Positions 11,330 through 25,500 of a stretch of 64,000 bases of DNA are shown here, in pieces (within the stretch, counting starts at the first letter, position 1; every line of letters starts with the position of its first letter). This stretch comes from Eledone cirrhosa (Eukaryota). Both the position numbers and the translations under genes were made by a program. The notes beneath the pieces were generated by a model, which was not told where the DNA came from, did no database searches, and was given only the letters and a program-made list of their open reading frames with translations. The stretch is taken from positions 277,636,001 to 277,700,000 of the forward strand of contig OZ024740.1 in the NCBI GenBank assembly GCA_964016885.1. The letters are read 5' to 3'.

Positions 11330-14300
11330 AAGCAAATTATAAACGTAAAACATGTAAGTATGTTTTTGAAACGGTGCGCGAGTTTGAAATTAGAAATTAG
11401 AAATTATAAGCTTTCACCGTATTTTAGACTAAAGAAATTTCTAGCCTGATAGTGGGGTTTATAAATTAATAAAAATAATGAATAAAAACAAAGAAACAGT
11501 TCTTTATATTAAAAAATTCCTAATTTAGCGATCGTTTCTAGGATATATATGTATGTGTTGGTATGTATATCATATAGATCTATGTAACAATTTTACAAAC
11601 TATCAGGGGGAATATACATACCTACACATATATATGCTGTCTTCAGAAATAATGATATTTGTTTATTGAAAAAAACCAACAAAGATTTAATATAATAGGT
11701 CTGTTTGGGAACAGGTTTTGAATTGACCAATAGAAAAGTAGTAAGTAGCAAGTTCATAGAATAGTAGTAGTAGAAATTTAATTTAGGGGTAGAGGAATGC
11801 AGACTTCAGTTTTGAATAGAAAGTGAATTTTGAATGAAAAGATTACTTTGGGATGAAAATAGGTCAAGCCGGTGAAAGGTACACGAAAATTTGATGTTAT
11901 TAAAGAATAATGCTAATGTTAAAATCTAAGGAGAATAAAAATTTACGATAAATGTGTTAGTGAAAAATATCAATCTTATTTAAAACATAAGGAATTTAGA
12001 TCTATAAAAAGAAATTAAATTAATTTAATTGATAGGTATATTTATAGGGATAAATTTATATTAATTCATATAGATATGATAAATAAGAGTTAGATGTTAT
12101 TAAAGAATTATGTTAAAAACGAAGGAAAAATTTTTTTTGGGGGGAGGGGGGGGGGGGCGGGGATAAATGTATTAGTGAGAAATAACAAACTTATATAGAT
12201 TACAAGGAATTTAGATTCATAACAGGAAATTAAAATAGTTTATATTTATACTTATTGGTATAAATTTTAGGAAAAGATAGCTGTAAAAGGGAAATACAAT
12301 TATGCAGTTCTTAGTAGTAGAATATTAATTATAGGTTAACTAATTTTAAAAAATTAATTATAATAATTTGTAAAATATAAGTGTATATTAATTAGGTTTA
12401 TAATATTTGAAAGTTTTTCTAATTCTATGATTGCACGAAATAATTAATTTTGTCGCTTATTTAATAGGATATCCTTAGATTTCATTATTTCAAAAATTTC
12501 CTAGGAACATAATCTACATTCATATCTATTATTTTGATAAGGGGTGGCCCTTTTGAGCACACTCCAGATCAGGTTATAGTCGATATTCTTTTTTCTATAA
12601 TTATTAATTATTTCAGCTAAGGATGTTGTATTAGCTAATGCGGCATTTTTAAAACTGTGTTTGTGGGTATTAAATCTTACTTTTAATTGGTTAGAAGTAG
12701 CTCCTATATATGAATAAGTTGAGTCCTTAGTGTTAATTTTACATTTATATACTATGTTATTAATAAGGCAATTTCCTTTTAAAGGGCAATTTGCTTTGTT
12801 TCTACAGTTACAACCTTTCGTGAATGTTATGTCAGGGGAGTTAGTCAAATTAGGTGTGGAATTTTCTCGACTTGTTGTATGTGAATGAGATGGTGGTTTG
12901 CTGTGGTTTATTTTAGTATTATGGTTAGTTTGATGTGTTGGTGGTATATTGATGGTTTTTTTTACATTGTAGGCACTTATATTTTGTTGTATATTTTTAG
13001 TTGTGGAGTAGGAGAATTTGACCGTTGATCTATTTAAAATTTGATGCTATTTATGGTTTGGCGGGAAGTTTTTCTCTAGGATAGTAAAACATTTTTTAGG
13101 TATATTATCTTTAATTTGTAGATTAAATGGAGCATTATACCAAGTAACTCGTCTATTACGGTTTCGATGTTGTTTTTTTTAATTTGTATACGATGTATCC
13201 TGATGTTTACTAAGAGAATTAGTATTAGTGATTTTATTACACATATGTTTAGTTAGATTCACTGATTTAGGTGTTTTAGCCTGATTATTAGGAATTTTGT
13301 TAGTAATGTTATTAACATATATTGGAATATTAGGATGAATGGTTTTTTGAAAGTTATTATATTGTATACTAGCAGTAAAGCCCGGCGTTGCTCGGGGTCG
13401 CTCAGTAGCTGTGTTAAAGTTACAATGTTAAGTTTCTTTTTTGGCTTAAAGTCTGTCTGCACGACTGTCTGTCTGCACGCCTAACGAAATTTACAGATAC
13501 ATATATTTTAAATAAACTTATATAATTTTTGCTTTTTTTTACGAAATATTTGCTTGTTTTACGTAGTCTTTAAATAGACTTGTTTTCAAGTAAAAATATT
13601 GTTTTAAAAGGCTTTTAAATGGAAATGAAGCAAAACGGAAGCTTAGTGTTCGAACTGATGAATTTTGCAGGTCAAAATTTTGCTGGCTCGACAACTGTTC
13701 ATGTATTGTGTTAATGTCATTTTAAACGCTGAGAAAGCCAGCGTAATTTTTTTTAATTTTTGCACGCAGAAAATGTAAACAGAACGTAAGACGCTCAATG
13801 TAAACAGAACAAAGGGAAATAACTCGTCACTTACGCTCAAAAATCGATACATTAGATTCGATTTCGTCACATAGGGTGGGTCAATTTGAAATATTTTTTT
13901 CCGATGTCTTCGCTAGGACTCAATGTACAAGTATAGCAATTTCGGTGCAATTCCGTCAGAGATTCTAAGAGGAGATGTGTGCCAAAAATCGATAGACAGA
14001 CAGACAACCACAGCTTTATATATATAGATTAGAAAAGGTGGAGAAATTAAGTTTTAAGTTGGTATTTTGGGGTATAGTGTGAGTGGCATTTAGGTGTGTA
14101 TATTTCATTTCGTGTTTGTTGGTAATATTGGGTTGTATGTATATAGTATTATTGGTACAAGGTATATATACTAATTTGTTTTTGTGGCCGCTTCTAGCTA
14201 AAGCTTCGTTATAAAAGGTCGTATTTTTATCGAATACATCGTGGTTAGATGAAAGGTTAGAAATTCTGAGTGAGATATTATATGCTAGGTTTTTAAGGAT

Positions 14301-15861
14301 ATATCTAGGGTGATTAGATTGTGAGTGTATGTAATGTAAGTTTTGGTTAGGTTTATGGTAAGGTTGGTAGATATCCGTAGATAAGTCTAAAGTTATATCA
14401 AGGAAATTAACTACTTTACTGGTGTTTTCAAATGTAATAGTGAGACTATAATAGTCTTTGAGGAAAGTTCTAAGTTTTTTATTTTTTTCAATTTCTGATA
14501 GGCTAAGGTTAGTGGAAAGAAGAAGACAGTCATCACGATATAAACCACCTTTAAGGTGGGGAAAAGAAGCATTTATGTTAAATAGAAGAAAGAGGCCCAC
14601 AAGATAGGTAATTTGGGCAGAATCACTAGAGCCCATAGTAATGTCGAATAGATTACTATATGTATTTCTGGTCCAGTATTCCTTCTGAAATTCCAGTAGT
14701 ATTTTTCTAGCGTGCGTGATAATATTAATGTCATCCATAGTTAAGTTTGATCTATTTTTGGCAAATATCAAGGCTTTGTTCAGGAGTATGGGCGATATAG
14801 AGGGATAATAAGCATCTATATCGAATTGTATAAATGAAACAGATGATTTATTTCTAATATTAGTAAACCAGTTAATTACCTGGGATGTATTTTCCCAGAG
14901 TGGTAAATTACCATGTTTTCTTAATAGTGGGATGACTCTATCTAAAAAATCTTTACTAATGATGCCAATGTCAGATTTGGAAGGACATATAAGTCTTATA
15001 GAAGGCTTAGAGTTAAAATTAGATTTGTGATCTTTCAGGTTAAAATGTGTTTTTTTCAGTGCCAAATGTTCAGTTATATCTTCAATATTGAGTTTATTTA
15101 CTATGTTGTGTGTTTTGTTGTTGATATTGGTAAGTGCCGCATTATTTGTTTTTTTATAATTTTTCCTGAGTTCTTTATAAATGAACTCATTGTAATTATC
15201 AATATCCATGTGGTACAGATTTCCAGTTTTGTCAGAGTTGACATGGATTTTGTTAGATTGTTTTTAGATCCAATAGGGTAGAATCAAGATCCTTTTGAAA
15301 ATTAGATTTATATTTCTTAAATTTGAGGTGTTTGATTAAGTTAAAAAGGTCTTTCTCGAAGTTTTCAAGTAAGGAGTTGTGTGGTGGGTTCTTATATGTA
15401 GTGAAATCATATAAATATTTCTTATCAGTACATTTAGTTTTTTTATCAAAGTGGTAGGCCCCCCATCTGACCCTTTTGATGAATTGGTTGGTTTTTTTGT
15501 ATCATAAGAAGTAAGAATTCATCCGGGTATTGGTATATTCTTTAAAGAAGCTCCCAATATTGTTTTTCCATTGTAATATGGATAATGGACAAGAAAAAGA
15601 GCTCAACTCTATATATAGGGAGTTATAAAAGTATATATATATATAAAAATATGAATACCTTTATAAAATTAGGAGCAAAGTATGTAGATAAATCTACCAA
15701 AATATACGGTAGTGTCCAATCCGTATGAAGAACTCAATGTAATCCAAATATCATGAAAAGAGATGTATTCAAAATTTTTTCGAGGAAAAACACAGGAAAA
15801 CAAAGTCAAGATAAATTAATAAAAATAATGAATAAAAACAAAGAAACAGCTCCTTATATGA

Positions 15862-15862
<1 letters not shown>
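11330..15862 (-). mobile_element. Near full-length decayed Penelope-like element (Naiad-like), interrupted by a small Helitron
   Basis: N-terminal SLKNIPIP and FIKRVRW.AYHF (~15550-15450). RT ORF 14016-15209 has [18 protein letters not shown] and GLYRDD. GIY-YIG ORF 12501-12848 has CNC..CPL, NIVY, YIGAT and CRLC. A partial direct terminal repeat lies at 11461-11505 and 15811-15858. Confidence 0.9.
13369..14028 (-). mobile_element. Non-autonomous Helitron (~660 bp)
   Basis: Minus strand starts TCTATATATATAAAG..(GTCT)n and ends with hairpin cccgagcaacgccggg plus CTAG. It sits between A and T with no target duplication. Confidence 0.9.
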
Positions 15863-15889
<27 letters not shown>

Positions 15890-15896
<7 letters not shown>

Positions 15897-15985
15897 CTAC
15901 TGTACGTCTGTATACATATATGTATGTACGTATACATACTTATATTTAAGTAACAGCCGAATTTCGTTTCATTTTTTCCGTTTAT
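15890..15985 (-). repeat. Diverged dispersed fragment of the ~530-bp hammerhead repeat unit
   Basis: Reverse complement matches the unit start (aaaaaatgaaacgaaatt...gtatacgtacatacatatatgtatacagacgtacagtag). Confidence 0.75.
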
Positions 15986-15989
15986 AATA

Positions 15990-17245
15990 ATTTATTTTTC
16001 TTTATAATAATAATAATAATAATAATAATGTTTTCTTTATTGACCACAAGGTATAACATTAAGGACAGCACAGGAGGTACAAATGGGCGTTTCTGCGTGT
16101 AGAAACAAATACATAAAACAACAAAAAATAATGTAACAGGAAAATGAAACAAAGGAAAATTCCCCAATAGAGGGGGGGGGGGGGGCTCCTAGGATTATTC
16201 GTGAAGAAATCCCATTAAAAAAGATTAAAACAGATTAATCAAGATTTCTTTATTAATTACAAAGGGGTTACAAAAATATATTAAGGACAGACACGGCAAA
16301 AAGCAGGTTTATGCGTGTAAAAAAATGTGATGATAACAAAAAAACTTAAAATCCTCAAAAGATCCACAAAAAGCCACGGTCACGCTAGCCGCTAGAGCAA
16401 GCGCCCTTTCTCGTCCTTCAATACTACAGGCACACGCAACAAAGTGGCTGGAAGACAGCACATTTCTCTCCACTCTGATTTTCCTTTTCATGCGTGTGTG
16501 TGTGTGACAGCTCACACCTATGCAGGTTTAGTTGACCTCCTCCAAGGTATATCTCGTTGGAGGTATCTTAGGTAATTTAATGATAAGGACCCCAGTCCTA
16601 TCATCTCATTTCTACAGCTGAGTAAACTGGAGCAACGTGAAATAAAGTGTCTTGCTCAAAGAAACAACACATCACCCGGTCCGAGAATTGAACTCACAAC
16701 TTTTCGATTGCAAGCCCAATGCTCTAATCACTAAGCCATGCGCCTTTTCATGTGAAACCCGAAAAAGTCAATGAGAGCGTCACCGAAGACGAAAGTGCCT
16801 GCTTTCAACCGTTTCAGACACGTCCACCATACGACCTCTTTCCATGAGGCAAATAAAAAGAGTCTTCCTTTCTTGGTTAAAGGGGGGTGACAGAGTGATC
16901 TTCATGATGAACTCAGCCGATAGCCGAATCCGTCCTACACGCGACAGATGTTCGACATAAAAATACAAGTCAGTGATACTCGGACAGTGGACGAGTGCAT
17001 GGAGGATGCTTTCGTCGCCCCACGCGCATCTCGAACAGGCCTGGCTGACGGCATTTCCATGCCTGTAAAATAAATCTCGAACTGGCAAAACTCCCAGGTA
17101 GCACTGCCAAGCCAAGGATTTATGGAAGTTATCCATTGGCCCTGGATCGAAAGTCCTCCAGAAGAGAAGGGTTAGTTGGTTTTCATCGACGCTCATAGTT
17201 TCCGTAAGAACTTCGTCGCTTTTGTTCATTATTAACCCTCTACTT
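15990..17245 (-). mobile_element. 3' fragment of an L1/Tx1-like LINE (zf-RVT region and 3' UTR)
   Basis: ORF 16780-17229 reads LAWQCYLGVLPVR...CSRC...ESILHALVHCP, followed by a T-rich UTR on the minus strand. A SINE interrupts it. Confidence 0.7.
16525..16746 (-). mobile_element. tRNA-derived SINE family B (CORE-like)
   Basis: Reverse strand has ggcgcatggcttagtg, a box B-like gagttcaattct and gagcaagacactttatttcacgttgctccagtttactcagctg. Confidence 0.8.
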
Positions 17246-18428
17246 TATATAATAATGATTTACACTTTAGGAAAAAAGTCAGCAATTTGGGGAGAGGGGA
17301 AAATTCGATTGAATCGGCCTCAGTATGTGACTGGTACTTTATTTCATCAATTTGAGGGAGATTTGCTACTATAAATTTGATTGATAACGTTAATTCTTCC
17401 ACGTGGGATCATTTACTTGTATTCATTAAATTGGTTTTCTACATAAATGATCATCTTGAAAGTGTTCGAATTCTTCCATAGCAAAACTTAGCCAGGATAC
17501 TTTTGTGTTATGTTTTTAGTTGTTGCAATGCTTATAAAAAGTTCTATAGAATCTCAATTGGAGTGAAATTTAGCGAACTAAGTAGTCATACTTGTTTTAC
17601 TTCAGTCATTAATTTGAAGTCATTTAGCTCTTTTACTCAAATGAATTGAATCACCAATTTATTGAATTATCTAAATATCTATCATTGTCGTATTTTCTCA
17701 GTGAATAAGGCAAATTTCTGAATGATAAAGATATCTATTTTAAACTATTCATCGTATCTTGTATAAAGTCAAAGTTTTCAATACCATCTTACATGGAAAT
17801 GCAATATTTTATCGACATTGTAATCTCTATTGAAGAATTTTCGCATGATTTATACAAATTAATTCTATTCTACTTGATGTATTTGTCTTTTAATTCGTGT
17901 AAATGGCTTTTCTCTTACTTAATACCGCTTTGCTTCATTCATCGAAAAGCAAATAGACGAGGACTCAATATATAGATTAGCCAAATGGTTGGTAGTTCGT
18001 GTGCTACCTTCAACATCAAGTTATGTCAGTGACCAAACCATTCAAATCTATACATAGCTAACCCACCTAGCTGTTATCAGATACCCTTGGCAAAACACAA
18101 ATTTTAAAATAAATCAGCAGGACTTCTTGGAAATTTAATAATAGAGCCGTTAGCTTAGCTAAGCTAAAGTTCTTTTTAGTTGAAATATTTTGTATAGTGG
18201 TGAGTTGACTCCAAAAGTCTGGCGTATATTAAATTACACAACACGCAGAAAAAGTCTTTCGTTGTTATTGAACTCACCATATTTTATAACAATTTTAGTT
18301 TCCAGATCTTTTTAAGTTTCCAAAAGCTTTACAAAGTTTTGTTTCTTCTTCAGTTACTTCTAAACCAGAATTGAATGTTAAATTTCTGTATAATTGTTGT
18401 AATACAAAATGCTCGTGTTTCTCTGCAG

Positions 18429-18589
18429 GTGCATATATTTGTGTGGGCAATCATACCTGAATACGTAATAAGTTTGACTCACAATGATAAGGTTATCAGT
18501 TATCTCTCAGATTCCATAGAGGAGGCAAAGCTTAAACAATTATGTTCTATAATATATTCGAATTTAACCAAGTTTGCAAAAGAGAATGG
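18429..18589 (+). CDS. Possible host exon, product unknown
   Basis: Acceptor tttctctgcag, then open frame VHIFVWAIIPEYVISL...KFAKENG in non-repetitive sequence. The donor (gtatag) is weak. Confidence 0.2.
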
Positions 18590-18693
18590 GTATAGTGAAC
18601 CTCTATGAAAATGTCTGATCAATTATAAATCAAATTATTGAGAATATTGAGGATTGAGACACACACTCAAACACACACACACACACACACACA

Positions 18694-18754
<61 letters not shown>

Positions 18755-18975
18755 AGCGTTTTTGATATATAATATTGCTTCTGTGAGAGATTTCTTTCAT
18801 TGAAATATTTGGATATTAACATTTAATTAATATTAAACTGCTCCGAGATTTTCCGAGCTATACGTGACTACCTTTAAACTGTTACTTTATGGGCATATCA
18901 GGTAGTCATAATATCTTAGGATATTTGAGAACGTATCGCTACACTTAGAATAATATTACCTCGTGTTTGGAAACA

Positions 18976-19161
18976 GCGGTGGATTGGCAGTATCGGTAGA
19001 GGGTCGGACGCCATGCTTTCGAGCATAGTTATGTCCCTTTATGGTCTGAGTTCAAATCCCGCCGAGGTTAACTTTGCCTTTCATCCTTACGGGGTCGATA
19101 AAATAACGTACCAGTAATACACTGGGTATGTGCTGGCCTTGTTCCAAAAGTAGAAAACAAT
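18976..19161 (+). mobile_element. SINE family A
   Basis: Matches the other copies. Confidence 0.85.
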
Positions 19162-19530
19162 TATATATTGTTCCATTTCTCTTTGACTTAAAGAATTCTA
19201 ACTCTCCTGAAGAATACGATGGCTCTTGAATTATTGGTAATACTATTCCAATAATAGTTCTTCCCCATACGAAACCATGATAGGAAGATCTATATATAAA
19301 CGTCTGACTTGTTTATACTCCCGTAGTAATTTTTCTCATTTAATTTTAATATATAATATTGCTTCTCTGAGAAATCTCTTTCATTGAGATGTAAATGTTT
19401 GGGTATTAGACTAATCAACCTTTAATTAACATATTATACGTATATATATATATATATATATATATTATCGTGCAATGGCCGTACTCGATAGCAAGGGGCA
19501 GCCATCATATATATATATATATATATATAT

Positions 19531-19674
19531 GATATAAGGGTGAAAGCAGCGATTCTTTGCTTAAACTTTAATCTGTTATTTTAATAAATATTTGCTCTAC
19601 GGTTCTTATATATTTGATATATATTTATCCTTATCGAGCCCTCTTTGGATTTTAGTCTTCAAATTTATTATTAT

Positions 19675-19678
<4 letters not shown>
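19531..19678 (+). mobile_element. Short terminal-repeat island in (TA)n
   Basis: An inverted near-identical copy occurs at 43481-43594, also between (TA)n tracts. Confidence 0.65.
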
Positions 19679-19729
<51 letters not shown>

Positions 19730-20349
19730 AATACTGTGAGCGACGGAAGTTCTGTGGTGCCGCATGACAGGAGGTTAGCTCGGCTGGTGAGAATTAAGTA
19801 TTTCGTCATTGACTCTATAACATAACACACATATTACCGATGCCAAGATACGAGCCAACAACCTTACGACTCTTAGCTTCTTCACGTGGTGGTTATCAAT
19901 TAGATTTCTCACGAGTAATATGTTGGTGACTATTCAATCTAATTTACACTCATCCCCCACAAATTTTTACTCTTCTGATTAGACAAAACGAAATCTTTAT
20001 ACATCTTCAATACTCTTTTCGAGACAAGAATAACTGACAGTGTAAAAGTAATGTGAGAAATTTAATCAAAAACAAAATTGGAAATGCAATGAGAAAAATG
20101 ATTAGAGGTGGTAAAAACTCTTGATCGTAAATGTTACTGAATAATACACATGATGTGTCACTTCTGACCGACATTAAAATGGAGTCTTAGGGATGGTTTA
20201 TAGTCTAGGAAGCAGAAGATTATAGAGAACTTTTTTTTAATGCGATACAAGGATTAAGTTGGTGGCAATGAAAGAAATGAGATTAGCTTTGCTGCCAACA
20301 TTGCTAGTACAGTGATGGCCGGTATGTAAGAAATTTTGGAGGACATTGA

Positions 20350-20377
20350 TAGTAGTAGTAGTAGTAGTAGTAGTAGC

Positions 20378-20436
<59 letters not shown>

Positions 20437-20478
20437 CAACAGCAGCAGCAGTAGTAGTAGCAGTAGTAATAGTAGTAG
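20350..20478. repeat. (TAG)n/(CAG)n microsatellite
   Basis: Directly visible. Confidence 0.95.
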
Positions 20479-20978
20479 ATTTTGTCATTTTGTATGTGGT
20501 ACAAATGATGTCAGGTTAGTAATGTGGAGGCATTTTATGCTAGTGGTAAGTACTATAACTCGCTGGTCAATTATGTGTGTGTGTGGGGGGGGGGGGTTGT
20601 GCGTATGTGTGCGTATGTGTCCGTCAGGGAAAATATATTTGGGGGCAGGGCTAAGGTATAAATACATTTTATTTTAGAAAAGCTCGGACATTTGAGACTA
20701 TGGCCTTTATAATTTAATCACCTTTATGAGAAGTATCATAAGTGAATTGTAATAGCAAGAGTGGAGGATTAAGACTTCAACAAAGATCCATGCTATTGGC
20801 AACATACTTGTTGATTCACAACACCTGACATAAATATACAAAATAGTGATGTAAAATGTTTTTGAGTTGTAGTCACGTTCGTTTTGAAATTCAGTGTATT
20901 AAGAGACACACTGCAATCATTGCGGTTTCCTGATAGTTTATACTGTATATATTTATGTGTACCAGCCCCATATATATG

Positions 20979-21012
<34 letters not shown>

Positions 21013-21097
21013 CAATATACAATATATTAATAAATGGAAACTATACTTATAAAGCCATATTTATAAACATGGTTTTTAAATTAAATATAACCTCTGC

Positions 21098-21136
<39 letters not shown>

Positions 21137-21137
<1 letters not shown>

Positions 21138-21460
21138 CAAAGGAATTGTGGTAAGGAACCAGATGGACCATAACGCACCAGAGTACTCAATACTTTGGGT
21201 AGTAGAGTGGGAATAGGAAAAAGTATGACCCCGACGGCAGAGCTCAAGCCGTTTCGATGACTATTTCAGTTTAGATTTTTGTTTAGATTTATAGGATGAA
21301 GTTAAAAAAATTCAAGATTAACATTATAAAATTTAAAAAATTAGAAAATTGAAAATTAAACAGTTTAACATTTTTAAGGTTTTTGGGTTGCGAGGTTTAG
21401 TTAAAGAAAGAGTCTTTTATGAAGAAACTTTAAATGTATTGTAGAGTAAAGATTATGTCC
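21137..21460 (-). mobile_element. Terminal-repeat/3' UTR fragment of the 10921 family
   Basis: The first ~115 bp closely match 10921-11035 and abut (TA)n. Confidence 0.6.
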
Positions 21461-22572
21461 TTGTTTAGTAGTCAAACAGCATGTGGCGACTGCAGACTCC
21501 GGCCAGCCCATCCTAACCACGTGTCAGCCATTCCGAGTGAGATCGCCTAGCGAAAGATATGGAAATCAATTTTTCCAAGCACTCTAGGAATATATTTCAG
21601 ATTCAGGTGTGCTAGTTGGAACTCAGCCATCGTCGTTAGGCCATCGTTATACCATACGAGTACTATTAATTTACACAGGAAGGGGATTTGTTTAAGTAGA
21701 GGGAGGCATGATATAGCTAATAGTTATGATTAGGCCTAGAATTTAAAGGTACTATATGGCGGTAAAAAAAACGGCTGCGCGTCGAGCCCCTGGGGCGAAT
21801 CAATCCGCTCCGAGTAATTTCATTTACCGAAAGAAGGGGAAATTTATTTTTCCAAGCACTCAAGGTAGGGCTATGCACCAGGAGGCCGGTCCCGCAGCCA
21901 GGAAAAGAGCAAAATATGTTGTATAGAAATGTTATTCAAAATTCAATTTATTCTTCAATTGGGACACACGATGAAATCAATTCTGAGTTCATAAAAAAAA
22001 TAATTGTTTTGAGCAAAATAAATTTCCAATTTCATGAAGGAGGAGAGGGGGGAGGGGCTAAGAAAGGGTCGTGTGTGTGTTCACCTTTAACCAAAGGAAG
22101 CAAATGTTGTTAGGAAAAATAAGTAAAGGTAAACAGTGCTTGTTAAGAAGAGCGATAACGTACCTGTCTGTCTATTGTATCGCTTATAACACTGTTTTAG
22201 AAGATGTTGGTCGATATGAATTTACCATTGCTGTAGCCATCAAACAATTTTAAGTAGGGCCTCTTAAATAGGGTTATGTGTGCGTTCACTGACAGCCCTA
22301 AAAATCGGCCTCACCATCAACAGTTTCGGCCCTGAAAAAGGCCGTTTGATCGTTCACTTGCAGCCCTTGAAAGGACTTTAGAATGACTCTGTATGCGTTC
22401 ATGATTTGTTCAGCCGCCTTAAATTGCCGCGCCGATTATCAAGCTGGGTTCCTCTCTGAAGGCGATCACCTTTAACCGAGGGAAACATACGTTTTAGTTA
22501 AGAGACTGTTTAAAAGCTCATCAGGCTGGCTAAAGAAATGGTGATTACGGACCTATCTCCTCGCTGTTGCTT

Positions 22573-25500
22573 TTACAACACCTCGTTGTAAACGATGTTT
22601 CTTGTTTTTCCCAGGCGTGCTAATGCGAAAAGACTTTCCCTGCTGCCCACTCTAGAGCACTCAACGTACAATTGTCCGTGGGAGCAACACGGTTCTTCCA
22701 GAAGAAGTCCGGCTACAGAAAGAGTCTGGCCCTGGGACATGTTGATGGACATAGCAAAACTGACCCGAAGTGGAAATTGGAGTCTTCAGAAGGTGAACGG
22801 AATTTCTGCTCCCGAGGGAATGAGACGAATTCTCGGAATGAAAACATCATCACCTTTTCCGCATCCAGAAAGGATTGTTGCCTCGATTACATGTGCAATC
22901 AATTTTTTTACAGCCAGCCGTGTCCCGTTGTACAGTCTTGGTGGTTCCAAATTCCTCAGCAGCATTACAGGGGTGCCAACTTTAAGGAGAAGCATGTGAG
23001 GCGGTAGTCCTGGGGGCTCCAAAGAATTGAGGAACTCCGGCGGAACGTTCACCACTTCATTGGGATCTGGCATCGTGTCAACAGATTTGTAAGTGTGAAG
23101 AACACCAGGAAGGGAGTGCAGTAGTTGGTCGTTGGTTTTGTTAACAGCAGCGTTTTTTGGAGCTAGCACTGCTCTTCAACACAACCATGCGTGGTTCTGG
23201 TAATTGTCTCTCAAATCTGGAAACACTTTCTCTTTCAGCTCCCCCGCAGAATTAACTGAGGTTGAAAATGGCCACACTTCCAACTCTCCTGCAGCATCCA
23301 GAGGTATTTTGCCGTCGCCAAGTTTCAAAATGTCCTGTGCAAATTATGCGGACGTTTGGTCGCCGTGTAATTGAACTCTCATGTTGGTTGTAAGAAGCAG
23401 TGTCCTGACATGGCGCCACAGAGGAGAGGACTTTAAGCATGCTTGTACCTCATCTGCTCCTGTGCCTTTGGGAATGACGGGAAGAGTCTGCCTGAAGTCA
23501 CCTGAAAGCAGAAGCGTAACACATCCCATGGGAGCCTGGCAGCCTCAGATGTCCTTTAGAGCTCTGTTTAATGCGTCCAGAGCTCCCTTATGGGCCTAGG
23601 TTCAGTCATCCCACACAATGAGCTGACATCGTTTTAGGACTTGGCCCTGGTCGGAGGTCGTGCTGATGCTGCAAGTAGGCGTTTCTGACGTTGTTAAATT
23701 GAGAGGCAATTTAAAACTGGAGTGTGCGGTCCTGCCACCAGGCAACAACGTGGCAGCAATTCCAGAAGTGGCAACAGCAACCGCAATGTCCTTGTGCATC
23801 CTGACCTTTGCAAGGAGGAGTCTCGTTAAAAATGTTTTGCCCGTCCCCGCAGGAGCATCCAGAAAGAACATACCTCCTTTTCTGTGGCGCACATGGTCGG
23901 CAACAATGGTGTAAGCATGACGTTGGTCCGGAAGAAGTTGTGGTTCAGTTTCAAGGACGTACTTGGTAAGAGCATCGACGTCGTAGGACGTTTCTCGGAG
24001 AAGAGCTGTAGGAAGTACGTTTGACCCTGTACGGATTGTTTGGGCAGACCATATGAGGGCAAATAATTTCCGCCGAGTGCTGCAACTCTATCCTCTATGT
24101 CAACGCTAGATTGAAGACCACGTCGCTGGTACCTTCCATCTCAGGGTATTGCACTTGCGCCTGACGTTTGTAGTCATCGGATAAGTCATCTTTATACTTG
24201 AGCCATAAAGAGATAGGATTACTCAGTTCGCCAGTTTGCAGCAGTACTGCAAATAGAGATCGTAGGCGCATAGGCGATTGGGATGCAATAGCTTTGAATA
24301 AAGTGGCATCCCACTGCGCACCGTCTTCTAGCAGGCCGCGCTTGAAGCAAGCCTCCCTGTAAGTGCTGCACACAGAACCGTCGGCAGTTCTAAGGTCATG
24401 AAAGGACAGGGGTCCTCTAACCTCATGTAGCAGAAGACGGAGGTAGAAGCACTCATGCTGGTTCGGGTGCACTGTGTATACTCTCCCTAGGCAACTGTCA
24501 AACTTTATACCAGGATGTCCATCAACAGGCTGACCTACCTTTCTGCGAAACCATTGTTTTTTATTCCACGTGTAATAGGACGACACCTGAGGATACAGCA
24601 GGGTTTGAGCAAATGAATCGGCCTGACAAAGTTTGAAGAATGTAGTGAGGGTGGTTTCCCCTGGTTCCGCCACCATTTGAACAGCATTAACGTCAGTGAA
24701 GTACACCCTTTGACCGTTCTCCAGGTGGACTGCGAGCTGTTCAATTGCAGGGTGCCTTTGGTGTATAGGGAAGCCGAAAATACGCCAGAAAGCCTCGTTG
24801 CTGCTGATGTAACGGCCAACTTGGTATTGCGTGACCTCATCACGGCTGTTGTCCTGTTGAAGACCGAACATAGCAGCGTCTGAACCTTTATTCACATATT
24901 TACATATGTACTTGATTGACTTGACGGAATTACAGAACTCGACATTGATGTGAGCACCGAAGGTCTTGGAAAGAAATGGGCAGTATGGCACTATCCATCT
25001 GTTGTCGACCTCGTGCTGTCCAACTGTTGCTGTAAAACCACCGTCCCCGGGTTGGCGTCGCCTGTACAGTGGGTATCCGTCAACGCCAGTCTGGGTTTCT
25101 TGGAGGAACTTTCGGGGAAATCTTTTTCTGCAGACATTGTCGTTCAAGCAAGGTGAGCTTAAATTGAAGCCCCGCCCACATGAACCATGGACCATGTTTG
25201 TCTTCACTATGTCATAGAGGTCTTGTCTATAGACGGATCGGGGAAACTCTGCGGAGATGATGCTGTCAATTGAAGATATTTTTCTTGACAGCCAAATGAG
25301 GATGTGGGCGTGCGGTAGGCCCCTCTTCTGCCACTCTACGGTGTACATGTCGCACTTTACTGGGCCAAAGACTTGGCCTCTCTTGATGAGCTCCATGAGA
25401 TTGATAAGCTTCAGCCGAAAGACTCCGCCAGGAGGTCATGCCTGTCTTTTGCCTGTTGCTCTTGGAACAGTTCTGCCCCGATCTCCTTCCACTTTGGGTG

